NCBI GenBank assembly: GCA_001662655.1
Contig: KV460247.1
Source: Pseudogymnoascus verrucosus
Lineage: Eukaryota
Length of the DNA: 64,000 nt
Reading direction: 5' to 3' (one strand)
Position 1 is the stretch's first letter. Each line of letters starts with the position of its first letter. Shown in pieces: positions 9,087 through 21,080 of this stretch. A program made the translations under genes and the position numbers. The notes under the pieces are model-generated. The model saw only the letters and a list, made by a program, of their open reading frames with translations. It did not search any database and was not told the origin of the DNA.

Positions 9087-11855
9087 ATGTCTGAACGATG
9101 GAATCGAGAATCGCTTTCCATTGCCAATTCCGCGCCACAAGATAAAGAAGTCCTAAGGGCACTATCGCGATCACCACATCCCTATCATCGACATAATCCC
9201 GAACTCCGGCGCGCCAGGCACAATCTGAGCACCACTTCCTCACGAGACCAATCCCCCCGCCCTACATCCAGCCCCGAAAGCTTTGTCGTCGATGGACCGA
9301 TACTTCATTCCGAGGATCTATACAGACACAGCACCGATAGCGATAGCGGGACAGAAGCAGACGATGAGCACTTCCTCCTCGGGTTGCCGGCACCCCGCTC
9401 GCGGCCGCGGAAAGGCTTACGAGGCCTCGAGAGATCGAGCTCAACATCACCAAGTCCTGCGTTATCTGTGGTTGACCTCCAACAAGCCTCGCGGCAACAA
9501 GAATACATATCCGATGCCCTGAAGACACTTAAAAATGAGGAGGAACGGCGCTCTCGGGAAGCATGGGAGAAGTTCAGGGCAACAAGGAAGACGGAGGTTC
9601 TACGACGGGTTTTGGAGGTTGTTCTTTTGCTTGGCCTGGGACAAATAGTATATTCCGGAAATGGGAGAGTTACAGCTTCTCTATGGAAGAACGGTATGTT
9701 TGTGACGGTCTATAATTTGGCAAATACTAATTCCCTTCCAGAGTTTACGTACCAGGCCGCCATCATGGGGTCATTAATGGTGCTCTACCCTATTCGACTA
9801 TCCTATTATTTGGCTTCTCAAAATTCCTTCAAGAAGTGGCCCTCACTTCGTATCCCGGCGACTTTCGACCCAGCGCCGCTTCTCTACCCCTCCCTTCTCA
9901 CGAATTTTGTCACCACTCTCCTATCCTGTTCGAACCAGGGGATAGTTCTCCCTAATATAATCCTCGGCATTTCGTCACTTATGCCCGAGTTGCTACCTTC
10001 TTTTGCTAAAGGCGAAGATGTTGGTACATTACGTTGGCTTTTGTCTTGTATACCCCTATTTGCTTGGCAGTCGCAGCCGGATCTTCTTCGAGATAAAAGC
10101 TTGCTTCCCGAGAATAATATCAGCCCAGAGATCCTGGTTTTGATATGCCCCTTACATCAAGTAACCTGCTCGGTGCTGAGATATTTAACGACAACCAGCC
10201 TGTTGGAAACCGAGCTGCAACTTCTTTCTATTTCACTTATTAATATTCTGCTGTTGTCAGCTTCGCCACAAATAGTGATCTTGCAAGCTCTCATGTGGGG
10301 AGGGGGGCTGTCATTGCTCATATCTTGTGGCTTCGCCCTTAGATGGGTGATTGCGCTGGAAAGGATTCCAAGATGGAGGTTTAAGCGGAGTGGAAACGCC
10401 CTGGGACGCCCGATAAAATCAACATCAAAGTCGATTTTAAAGGAGCCTCTAGGAAAACTGAGCGAAATTCTACACTTCGATCGGCCTCTTACGCTGGACA
10501 GCGAGGACGATGTTTCATCGGCGGTGCAGAGAGTCAGGCCAATGCGATTGAAGACAAACCTGACAAAATCCAATACGGTTCAATTTGAGAAAGGCTCAAT
10601 ATCTGCAGTGTCTGAGGAACCAGAAGAGGAGTTCGCCTCCCGTATCGACGGAGCTCTAGCCGATGTGACGAATCGGGAAAGGAATCGAAGAAACACGTTC
10701 CCATCGATTCGCTCACCTAAACGCTACAGTGGCCTCACTGCATCGGGTCGAAAGAGGCGATCGGCTTCCTCTAGTCTTCAGGGCTTCTACAATCTTACCG
10801 TAGCACAGGCAACAATCCGCAAGGGGCTATATGCAGCCTATGTCTACTTCTGTGTTCTCCTCATCATCTTCGCAGGAGTCCGCACATACGTCGGGAATGT
10901 CGCCTTATCTGGCGCTGAACCCATCGGCTGGGCCCTAGCATACATGTTTGGAAACTACCCCTGGCTCCGAATGCAAGTTCTCACCCTAAACCTCGACCAC
11001 TGGATCCCAGTCCCCGAACACCTCCCAGCCGTCCCGGTAACATACTTCCACGGCCCCTGGATCTCCCAACTCCGCTCCAACATCGGCCTCGCCAACACCC
11101 GCCTCCTCATCTCGACCTACTGGCTCGCCATCATAATCCTCGGCCTCACAATCGTCATCAACCTCTCCTCCACCGTCGAAGTTGACACCCGCCGAAAGGT
11201 CTTCCACTTCATGATGGTCGCTATGCTCCTGCCGGCCACCTACATCGACCCCACCTTCGCCGCCCTCGCACTATCCCTCATCCTCGCTGTCTTCCTCCTC
11301 CTCGACCTCTTCCGCGCTACACAATTACCTCCTCTTAGCAAACCTATCGCTTACTTCCTTACGCCCTATGTGGACGGTAGGGATCTGCGCGGGCCAGTGG
11401 TGATTAGCCACATCTTCCTCCTAATCGGCTGCGCAGTACCGCTCTGGCTCAGCCTCGGCGCCGTCACCAGAGCCGACGATGGATGGGAAATCCCAACTCG
11501 GGACGTGAGCATGGTATCCGGCGTCATCTGCGTCGGTATGGGCGACGCAGCCGCGTCGCTTATCGGGCGGCGGTACGGGCGGCGCAAGTGGCTGTGGCCT
11601 GGTGGCAAGAGTTTAGAAGGCAGTTTCGCATTTGCGGTCGCGGTGACAGTGGCGTTGATGGCGGCGAAGGTGTGGTTGAGGGTTGGTGGGTGGGAGGATG
11701 GAGGCGCGGTCGGGGACGGGTGGGGGAGGACGTTGGGGAAGGCGGTGGTGGCTGCGGGGATGGCGAGTACGACTGAGGCGGTGTTGACGGGGGGGAATGA
11801 TAATGTGGTTGTGCCGGTGGTGTTTTGGTTGTGTGTTAAGGGGTTGAGTATTTAG
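9087..11855 (+). CDS. SEC59: Dolichol kinase (CTP-transferase/cytidylyltransferase family, polytopic ER membrane); likely intron 9694-9741
   Basis: Motifs VDTRRKVFH, DGRDLRGPVVISHIFLLIGC, GMGDAAASLIGRRYGRRKW, GKSLEGS and NDN; many hydrophobic segments. Confidence 0.9.
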   Translation: MSERWNRESLSIANSAPQDKEVLRALSRSPHPYHRHNPELRRARHNLSTTSSRDQSPRPTSSPESFVVDGPILHSEDLYRHSTDSDSGTEADDEHFLLGLPAPRSRPRKGLRGLERSSSTSPSPALSVVDLQQASRQQEYISDALKTLKNEEERRSREAWEKFRATRKTEVLRRVLEVVLLLGLGQIVYSGNGRVTASLWKNGMFVTVYNLANTNSLPEFTYQAAIMGSLMVLYPIRLSYYLASQNSFKKWPSLRIPATFDPAPLLYPSLLTNFVTTLLSCSNQGIVLPNIILGISSLMPELLPSFAKGEDVGTLRWLLSCIPLFAWQSQPDLLRDKSLLPENNISPEILVLICPLHQVTCSVLRYLTTTSLLETELQLLSISLINILLLSASPQIVILQALMWGGGLSLLISCGFALRWVIALERIPRWRFKRSGNALGRPIKSTSKSILKEPLGKLSEILHFDRPLTLDSEDDVSSAVQRVRPMRLKTNLTKSNTVQFEKGSISAVSEEPEEEFASRIDGALADVTNRERNRRNTFPSIRSPKRYSGLTASGRKRRSASSSLQGFYNLTVAQATIRKGLYAAYVYFCVLLIIFAGVRTYVGNVALSGAEPIGWALAYMFGNYPWLRMQVLTLNLDHWIPVPEHLPAVPVTYFHGPWISQLRSNIGLANTRLLISTYWLAIIILGLTIVINLSSTVEVDTRRKVFHFMMVAMLLPATYIDPTFAALALSLILAVFLLLDLFRATQLPPLSKPIAYFLTPYVDGRDLRGPVVISHIFLLIGCAVPLWLSLGAVTRADDGWEIPTRDVSMVSGVICVGMGDAAASLIGRRYGRRKWLWPGGKSLEGSFAFAVAVTVALMAAKVWLRVGGWEDGGAVGDGWGRTLGKAVVAAGMASTTEAVLTGGNDNVVVPVVFWLCVKGLSI

Positions 11856-12210
11856 GGTTTGGTGCTGGATGCACTGGGGGTATATGGAGGGGGGTTGTAG
11901 ATCAATGGTACTCTAGAAGAGGGTTGGATATAGGGGCGGTGGATTGTTGGCGTCTTAAGGATATAGGAGCTCTTTCACAAGGCTACGAATATATGGGTAT
12001 GGGCAGTAGATATTATATTGATACCACATAATATGACTACACTTTACAACATACATTTTATCTTCCCCTACAAATCGATGTCTGTGGATATCATATAGCA
12101 GCTACAATCACCACCGGATAAACATTCTTCCCGCCCCAAAGCTCGCCCCGCCATACCCATAACATAGCTTTCACCTCAACTCTCCTCACCTCCCCAACAC
12201 CAACCCCACC

Positions 12211-12726
12211 ATGGGAGGCGACGACTACTCCTCCGCCATCGGCGGCGGCCTCAAGCTCAAGGGCTCCAAACCCTCCGGCATCAAAAAGAAGAAATCAAAG
12301 TCCTCCAAATCCTCCTCCTCCACCGCCGCCGCCTCATCTACCTCCACCACCCTCACCAAACGCCCAACATCCGCCTCCCCTGCCCCCGCCAGCACACCTA
12401 CAGACACCAAAGAAGCCCCCGCCTCCGCCTCCGCAAAAGACGAAGAAGACGCCCTCTGGCGCCAAGTCGAAGAGCGCGAGCTAGAGCAGGATTACAAGAC
12501 TCCCACTGAGAAGCGGCATGAGGAGATGAGGAGGAAAAGGTTGGAGGATAGGCTGAAGAGGGAAGGGGGGGGGAGGACGCATAAGCAGAGGGTGGAGGAG
12601 TTGAATAAGTATTTGAGTGGGTTGAGTGAGCATCATGATATGTATGTTTTGGTCCTTTCCTTGGGGTTGCTTCTGGAAAGGTTGGCTAACGTGGTGATTT
12701 ACAGGCCTAGAATCGGACCGGGATAA
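12211..12726 (+). CDS. FAM32A/DUF1754-like small nuclear protein; intron 12642-12704
   Basis: N-terminal GGGLKLKG...KKKK, central [10 protein letters not shown], and [28 protein letters not shown] after splicing. Confidence 0.88.
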   Translation: [171 protein letters not shown]

Positions 12727-13310
12727 CAGGAGGAGGGCGGTGGTTATGTTGGGGGCTGTTTTGCGCTGGCTGTGCGATGGAGTTTGTGGGTGGTTATGGG
12801 GTTGAGGGGCGCTTGGGGAGTTTACATGATATTGGGGGATTAAAAAGATGGATAGTTGGGACGAAGCATATCTCAGCATATCAATGGCAAAGGCTCGCAC
12901 GACGGACAGTACGAAGCAAAGATTTCATGCTGTAAGCAAATATGATTTGTTTCCTCAAATATAAAGTACAATTGCGATTTCCGCTGCAAGACGATGTTGC
13001 GTTTCTCCTATTTCCTTCTAATAAAGCACGCCAACCTAACCCAACCATACCCGCCGCCGTTTTCCCACCACGCTATGCTGTAAAGGAGTGTCGTTACATC
13101 GTTTTCATGATGATGTCGTTAATTCTGCGCCGTAATCCCATTGCTTATTGAAAAGGAGTGTCCCATCTGATTCCCATTTTTGTGTATTCCCATTGCACTT
13201 TGTGCCCTTCTCCGAAAATCTGTGAAACAATTTTGTTCTTCCATTCTCCATAACTCAATTGACAGTCGCCGCGCTGCCCTTGCTAGGCCTGATAGACCAT
13301 TATCGAGTGA

Positions 13311-14367
13311 CTATAGTATAGCCATCAAGCCGACGAATAAAATAGACCCATACCCTACAGCACCAAGCACATTGAACTTAGACGCCGCATTCCCCTGCAA
13401 AGAGGGCGTGACAGTCGGCTCCGCATTCTCCGTAGGTTGGCTCCAAGGAATAACGGTATACGCTGTGATAGTGCTCGTAGTACCGTCAGGACCAACCGTC
13501 GTGTATGTAGTCGTCTCAGTCTTCGAGGTGTGCGTCTTCGCCTCTTGCCCTCCCGTTGGGGGAGGAGTTGTAGGGCCGCTTTTGGTCGGAGTACTGCCGG
13601 GAGGGGTGGGGGTTGGCGTGGTTGGTGTTCCGGGTGTGGGAGTGGGAGTTGGAGGGTTTTCAGTTGAACTGTCGGTTGGGTTTGGGGTTTCGGTCGGCCC
13701 AGGTGGGGTTGGAGTGTCTGGTGTAGTTGTCTATACGGAATTATAGTTAGAGAAGGGTTAAACATTATGTTAACCAAGGGGGTTTACTGACTGGAGGAGG
13801 TTCATCCGTAGTTGGGGGCACAACAACAGAAGTGGTGGTCTTCGGCGGATCGGTTATAGAGGTAGTCGTCGTAGTCGTAGTCCCATTAGAATTCTGCCTC
13901 TTGACAAGCTCCACCAAACTCGTCGCAGCAGCAGCCTTATAGCTGTTAAGGAACTGAAACGCTGTGTCGTCCCCGCCCTTCTTGCCTGGGTGATATTTAT
14001 TTGCAATGTACTTCTCTAGCGCATCGTGAAGCTCCGGGTCGTCGGAAATCGTAGACAGAAGCTTGGTGAACTGTATTTCGTCCGCCGTTGGCGCATGGTA
14101 CCTCCGGACCTGTCCTACGGCCGCCGAGGTAAATGTGACTGCGAAGACAGTGAAGATGGTGAATAAAATGAGGAAATGGCGGAAGGAAGGCATCCTGGTT
14201 GAGGTGATAAACGCGGGCAGCTTCAGCCTCGTCGTCGCCGAGAGCGCAGATCCTTTAGCCTCGACCCGACTATTTCGCAGCCCGGACTTTTCGTCGATAT
14301 ACTGGGATTCGATTCCGGGCACCCGGTTTCCAGCTTCTAGGTCTTTCTTCTCGTCAGTGTGAGCCAT
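13311..14367 (-). CDS. Secreted Thr/Pro-rich, probably GPI-anchored cell-surface protein; exons 14367-13792, 13730-13311
   Basis: Hydrophobic signal/TM segment (FLILFTIFTVFAVTFTSA), KR Kex2-like site and T/P-rich stalk. C-terminal QGNAASKFNVLGAVGYGSILFVGLMAIL* resembles a GPI signal. GTCAGT..CTAAC..TAG phase-0 intron. Confidence 0.8.
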
Positions 14368-16375
14368 GACCCCGTTTTGTACGACTCCGAAGAGGAATTG
14401 AACAAATAGTGCTGGACCGCAAGAACGGGTGGAATGCTGAGCCCGATTGAACGTGGAGCCAACCAGCAGGGTGGCTGAAGTTCAGCTCGATGTCCGTGCC
14501 AGCCTATGAGCGGCCTGATACAGCAGCGTGGTATAGCTGTCAATGAGAACACGGAATAACTGGCAACGGTGATGGGATGATTGAGGAAACAACGCGTGGG
14601 GAGGATAGATAAATGATTTTTTAATTCGGTCGAGAGAACAAAGCAAACAAACAAAATCACGGCAAACTCGCTGGAACAAAGAAAGTGGAGGTCGTGGGGG
14701 GAGGCTGAGTGAGGGTTCGTCGTATATTGAAATAGTTGCGGGCCTTCGTCTCACTCACCCTGTTTCTAATTGTAGAGGTACCTCCTCGCTCGTAATATTT
14801 TTTTGGTTTCCCAGTATCTGTCTGCAGCACAATGGTGTGCTGCTTCGTATACTGTTAATTCTTCCTAGCCAGTAGATATGAACCTGGTATAAGCAGTCCG
14901 CGGGAATAGCAATCAAGGAATCCTTCTTTCTCCGGCAGGAAAAAAAGAACCGTGCAAGGGTGAACGAACGAACGAACGAAGGTGAACAAAACAGAATTGA
15001 TAACGACTGCGTGTCAACGAAAAGGCAAAGAAGAAATAAATCCCGCCGAGCCTTTCAAAGCCTCATATATATCTGCAGCAGCACAACTTCCCAAACCCAT
15101 CCTATGTCATGACTCCACAAGCTGAACCGAATCGCCTTTCCTGACAACAACAAATTCCGATTCCCGATCCCACAATTAATTCCCCCGCCATCTCCCAAAG
15201 CCAAAAGCTGACTTTCGTCATGGCCCTAAAGAATCCACCAAGCAAGGAGCGACAACTTCCTTTCCTATTACCGATGAAAAAGGGCTGGAAGCTTGGTACA
15301 CCTACCTATCTCCAGCTCAGCATGCACCTACCTCTCCACTCGCCAACCTGCTTCCCTGCCCATGTCGGCGCTCTAGCCCACGCCACGGATGACCCGCCAG
15401 CAGAGTCCCAAAAACAGGGCGCTGCATGGCTGATTTGCCGTGCCTGCCGTGAAGATCCATTGGCCTCGAACTCTGATCTTTTCCAACGCTCGGGCGCTTC
15501 ATAACACACCGCTTCCTAGGTCGACGACGGCGGACAGCGAGTTGTATCGCGAATATTCCTTATTCCTCAACAGCAGGAGAAATAAACTGACCATTAGAGA
15601 GTAACTGACCTGTCAGTGAGCGAGAGAGTGCTAACACTGAATCCAGTCTCACCCCTCCCGCTACCTCCCTCGCTGTCCTGTCTCAGCTGTGTTCCTCGCA
15701 CCAGCACCTCCCCATTGGTCAACAACCACCAACCCACTATCCACCCCCCATCCAGAACCTGTCCTGATCCTGCCCCGCACCTCACCCCATCCAATCGAGC
15801 GCTAGACCGTGCGACCCCACCAGACACAACATAACATACATCATGGCTGTGCTTGCGCCGCATCGGGATGAGGGGGGGTTATTATATATTTAGACATGAA
15901 ACGGAGATAAGCTGCGTTGGCAGTGTCTGGGACGAACCAAAGGGTTGGACCACGCTGCTGCTTTTGGAGTGGTGACAGGTTGGCGAGGGGAGCGGGCTCG
16001 TATCCGGTGTTACCAAGGGGACGGGTGGCCGGTTTGGGAAACGGAGCGGCTCGAGGAGTGGGATGTGGTTTGGGGTTGTTTCTTGGGGTGGTTTCCGAGG
16101 AGCGAGGTAGGAGCGAGGGAGGCTCTTGCTGTTTCGGACCTGGCGTACTAACTACACGTGCTTTACTGGTCTGACTTGCAAAGGGGTCACATTTCATACA
16201 TCATAACATCAGGAACAAGGTTTGCGGGTGATGCATCATTGAATTAGAACCTGTCTAATCCGTCTACCCAACCCTTTTTATACACTCATCGTCTTCTCTC
16301 TCCAACTAAAAGGGCACAAATCTCGCCCTGCACCTCTTCCCTTCCTAACCCACCTATCTGCAAAAAAGTCCCTCT

Positions 16376-16573
16376 CTACAACAACCCACAAAGCCAAATC
16401 CATCTCCTCCTCGCAGCACAAGCCGGGCAGAAGCCCTGCGCGTGCCGATGCCGGAACCAGTACTCCGGGCAGTTGCGGCCGGGAGTCCTGGAGGTGCGGG
16501 AGAAGGAACACGGGCCGGTGGTCTGCGTGATGTGCCCGCAGCGGCTCCAGCTCGTGCCGACCTCTGTGCACAT
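16376..16573 (-). CDS. 65-aa Cys-rich microprotein (MC..CGH..C..C..CPxC) with C-terminal CaaX-like CGLL
   Basis: ACAATG start context, CT-rich leader and TATA-like ATATAT about 220 nt upstream. Cys/His spacing is of a type common in small fungal proteins. Confidence 0.6.
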   Translation of the reverse strand: MCTEVGTSWSRCGHITQTTGPCSFSRTSRTPGRNCPEYWFRHRHAQGFCPACAARRRWIWLCGLL

Positions 16574-17389
16574 TGTCAGTAGCTGTGAGGGTGGCTGTGT
16601 GTGCTGTGAGTTGGAGGCTTACCTGTTTGCTTGTCGAAGGTGTCGAGGAGAAGCGGAGGAGGAGAAGGAGGTAGGTGAATTGTCGCGTTTTTCTTGAGGA
16701 TCCGAGGAAGAGAAGAAGGGGGGAGATTTCCCGTCCTTAAATACACGACGCGGGCTTCTGGTCTTTTTCGAGTTTTGAGACTTCTCTGGATATATGTCGT
16801 CGTTTGGGTGAACCAGGGGGTGGCGGAATAAAGAACATTGTTTAAGAGGAACATGGCTGTTCAGATCAAGGCAGAGAATTGAGATCAGTATGTATCGGGC
16901 TTTGTTCATTATCAGTCCTCCTGGTTTTATTGTCTTATTGTCTCTCGTGCGCGGAACATAATACACCAGTCTTCTCCGTTTTTCTTTGATTTCTGAATTT
17001 CCGTATATGCCACCTTCGACATTTGAAATATATGCGCCATCAACAAGAATAAAGTAGCTTCATGCCGAGCCGGGGGAGTTGCTCGACGCCATGAGCCGCC
17101 GTTCGGCCTTTGTCCAGCAACTACCTGTCTAAACTTCGCCTCCCTGGTTGGTATTGTCTAAACAGCCCCTTTGTTCTCCTTGTTCCCATTGTTCCATGCC
17201 ATCCCGAGTAATCCCACGGACGCCTCAGCCCTGACTTTGAAGGGCTGTATGTGGTCGCAATAAAGCGTCGGGATGCAGCACCCCCTTTCAAGCTCCCATG
17301 ATGAGGAAGGACAAGAATTATCAATCCTGCGCATTCGCCACAGGAGAGATACCATTTTGTAAAATGCCTGAATACTCCACTCAACCGTG

Positions 17390-18805
17390 CTATGACTCCG
17401 CATTCTTAACCTCCTTGATTGAAGCTGGTACACTTCCACCATTCTCGACCGAAGTTTGCGTCAGCGGCCGTAATCCAGGGCTTGCAGGCGCGCCATTAGA
17501 GCGCCTGGAGTGCCCCGAGTTCACGGAGACATTCCTGCGTACACCGCCAGGATGCCTGGGGTTGTCGCCGCCTGCGCTCGCATTCGACAGCGACCTGCTG
17601 ATTCCGCTCTTCTTGGTGATCGAAGTCGGCGTCGCGGGTGGCGGGGTTCCTCCCTTCTGCACGTCTTGCACCGTCTTCTCGTCCGCGGCCGTGCCACGCA
17701 TGCCGATTAGGAAGTGATCCTGGTTCTCGATCAAGAAAACCAAGACATTTTGGTTCAGATGGTACTCTTCTGGAGCCATGTCGTGCTGGGGGTGAGAGAG
17801 CATTCCAGGTTGGAAGATAGCGGCCAAGTTGGCCGAGTCCATACGGTTCTCGTCTGACTTGGATGAGAAAACGGCTAATAGATCAAGGATATATAGCAGT
17901 AATTGGCGGTTCAGAGGCGGTAGCTCTGTAATTAGTTGTTGATAGGTCTGTATTATGCCATTCGTGTCTTCGGGCGAGACTACTTCTTGCCCCATGACGC
18001 TGCGAAGAGGGGCACGGAAACGATCGTATAGATCCAGAGGAACAATCGGCTCTGGAAGCTGATTTAGATAGCGCCGGAGCACATTTGCTGCGTCATGGAC
18101 GGTGTATCCATCCCAGTCAAGGCCCTTCCCATAGCGATCAGGTGCGTCGAAAATCGCGCGCAATTCCTTGATACGCTTTTCCGAGCCACTCATACGGAAA
18201 ATCCCCTCAACATTGGTGGCTATATCACAATCAGCCATGAATTCAAAAGTTGCCGGGGAAAATAAACTGACCTTTCTCCTTCAAGTATACACCGCACTTC
18301 GCCACAACTATAGGCACATATCCGTAAATATAGCTGTTCCCCTCCGCATCAACCAACGATATCGCGACGTTCGCGTATGTAATACTTTGTCGCAGAGGTA
18401 CACCAAAAATGCCAGCCGGTTGTTCTGCTTCATGCGATTAGTTAAATGCCTTATTTATAAGAATACACAAATTGCGCAAGTAGCCGCGCTGTAACTGTAC
18501 AGGCGCCACGGGGAAATTGCCTCGCTGCCACTTGGGAGAACTTGCGCGCGCGAATGAGGCGCAGGACAAGGTGAGGGATAATGGGAGGTTGTGGCTGAGG
18601 CTGAGGCAGCTGGTGTACCTTGAGTCTCATGGTTCTTCTGGCTCTTGAAACCCTTCCACCATGACTTGAGGTCTCTCTTCGTTGGGGGCGAGGCTGCTGG
18701 CGGAGCAGGGGCGCTCTGATGTGTGAGTGGGAAGTGTCGGAGCGTCTTGGGCTGAGGCTGGGAGTACGGCTGCTGCCCCGATTGCGCGCTGTGGCTGGAG
18801 GACAT
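17390..18805 (-). CDS. Rho GTPase-activating protein, Sac7/Bag7-like; exons ~18805-18619, 18424-18272, ~18219-17390
   Basis: GIFGVPLRQSITYANVAISL...GYVPIVVAKCGVYLKE, arginine-finger motif EGIFRMSGS, and NRMDSANLAAIFQPG. Confidence 0.88.
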
Positions 18806-20218
18806 GGCGGCGTTGCTCAAGCTTTGCAGTGAGCAAGAGCTAAGAGCTGAACTATTACAATCGCTCGCAGGTATGAAGAGGATATCGAATGTTGGTGTGT
18901 GGCTGGGTTGGCTCTGTCGCAAATTGGAACTTGGCGCTGCTTAAATCTGACCGCCTGTATGAATCTTACACATGCGGGACTGTGTCGCCTGGTGGGAAGA
19001 TGGCTTAATTATTGGATTCGGAGCCGCGCGATAACGTATAAGGTCGTTCCCCCAAGATTGCGAGGTGTAGAATGAGTGTTTGCGGGGTGGAGAGTCAGTG
19101 TCGCGTTTTCCGTGTGCCCGTTGGCGTGGGGTCGGTATGTATGCGACAAGGCGGGAAAGGTTCAAATCAGAGACTGGTTGGGTCGCCGCTGGGTATAGAG
19201 TGAGTAGCTGTAGGTGTAAATGGCATGAGACGCTTCCAAATGTCGAGAACGATCGGAGGTATTGGATAGAAAAGAATGGTCTTCCTATTTGTTATTGCGG
19301 CTATTGGGGAGAGGTGGAGGAGTAGACGCTGTGGGATAGTAGAAGTTCCAGCCGCTACAGAACTCTTAACCGGATTGGGCGGCTAGAGAGAGACTGGTGG
19401 GTGGTAGACGGGTGGTAGTTGGGTGGTGCTGGTGTTTGGTGTAGCGTACCTTAAAAAACGGGCTTTACCGCTTGGGATAGAAGTAGAACCATGAGTAGAA
19501 GAAAGGCAAATAAGATATGAGGTATAGTGAGGATATTACGATATTAATTGTGATCGATATGAATGATATACTCATAAGATCGAGCTCAATTATGCCATGT
19601 TACATATATATACATATATATATATACTCTGTGCATGTGCAGTAAATGCCTCTGTAAGATGACACTCCAAGGATTAATATAGACATAGACGGCAGAGTTA
19701 CATTTACCTGCTTGCCTGCTTGCTTGCCTGCCGTCTATATAGACTGTACTCCTATCAGAACATCCCAGTTACCGAACGGTATATATAAATGCATATATAA
19801 ATAGAAGTATAAAATACAAGGCCACGCATTCGACCTCCAGTTTTGAGGGTGTCGTACCTCTTTAGAAGGGACCGCTTTGAGGGGAAGTGCGTTGTGTTTT
19901 GTGGCGGGGTCAACGCAGGCAGACGTGATAACAGGGAAAGCGCAACTGCAACTGGACGCCAAGGCGAGAGAGGAAAGGATTATGAAACACGGAAACACGA
20001 ACTCATCTGATGTGCGCTGCATGAAAGCAGCATCATGGTGCAGAAATATGAAAAATTTGAAGAAATATGCAGCTTCTGGGGGGAGGGGGGTAACCAATAA
20101 TACTGCGTATAAAAATGAGTATTCTGAGAGTAAATATATCCCTCTCCTCGTCAATAGAGTATCAAGGAGGGGGGGAGTTGGAGTAACTACACACTGCCTT
20201 AGTTGCGGCCTTATTTTT

Positions 20219-20270
20219 ACATTAGTTTCTGCCTTAGTTTCTGCCTTAGTTTCTGCCTTAGTTTCTGCCT
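20219..20270. repeat. 12-bp tandem repeat (TTAGTTTCTGCC) x ~4
   Basis: Directly visible in the sequence. Confidence 0.9.
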
Positions 20271-20565
20271 GAATGTCAGCCTAAGGACCCCAACCCGGAG
20301 ACGGAAATACCTATTTCCCCCCCAACCCTCCCATTGGCTCCATTCGCGAGTCCAAAGAGAGAGACCAGCAACTCAAAATGTCCCAGCGCTAGCCGTGGTA
20401 CGTACCGCTAACTCAGTCCGCGCTAAACTCAAGGAACTACGAACGTTCAAGCTTCACAGGATTTATATCACCAAACAAGCTCACACTACCATCTATTACC
20501 ATCCCCGACCACGCACCCCTTTACACCACCCACCAATATAATACCCGCGCTACCAATACAGCAAT

Positions 20566-21080
20566 ATGGACGGGTAAGCAGTTCACTCAACCTACTACTC
20601 TTTGTCGATTGATGTCCTCTCGGGCAGACATGGGCCAGAAAATTACATAGCCGATTCTAACGCCTCTCTCTCACAACAGACTCGGACTCAATGCCTCGGA
20701 GCAGCGCGAATTCCAGGCGCGCATGGAGCGCAAGCAGATGAAGGAGTTCATGAACGTACGTCTGCCCTCATCTCCATCTTCCCCCATCGCACCCTCGATT
20801 CCCAAGCCACCTCCACCCAGACCATCAAATCCAAACACCTATCCTACCACCGCCATTTATCGTCACCAATACACACATACTAACACACCACCCACAGATG
20901 TTCTCCGGCCTCGTCGACCGCTGCTTCGACTCCTGCATCGACGACTTCACCACCAAGTCCCTCATCGCCCACGAGTCCGGCTGCGTCAACCGCTGCGTGC
21001 AGAAGTTCATGGCTGGGAGCGAGAGGATAGGACAGCGCTTCTCGGAGCAGCAGGCGCAGATGATGAACAACCCCAAATAA
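20566..21080 (+). CDS. TIM9: Mitochondrial intermembrane-space small Tim chaperone Tim9; exons 20566-20573, 20680-20755, 20898-21080
   Basis: Spliced product [50 protein letters not shown]...CVNRC has the twin CX3C motif. Confidence 0.95.

Noticed and set aside
16021..16060. GGAAACGGAGC resembling SRP RNA helix 8
   Set aside because: The CAGG/AGCA internal loop and the Alu-domain UGUAA motif are absent, and the stem is mismatched.
19735..20541. ORFs of 112-139 aa between RhoGAP and TIM9
   Set aside because: Non-protein-like composition, partly generated by the 12-bp repeat; no motif or splice support.
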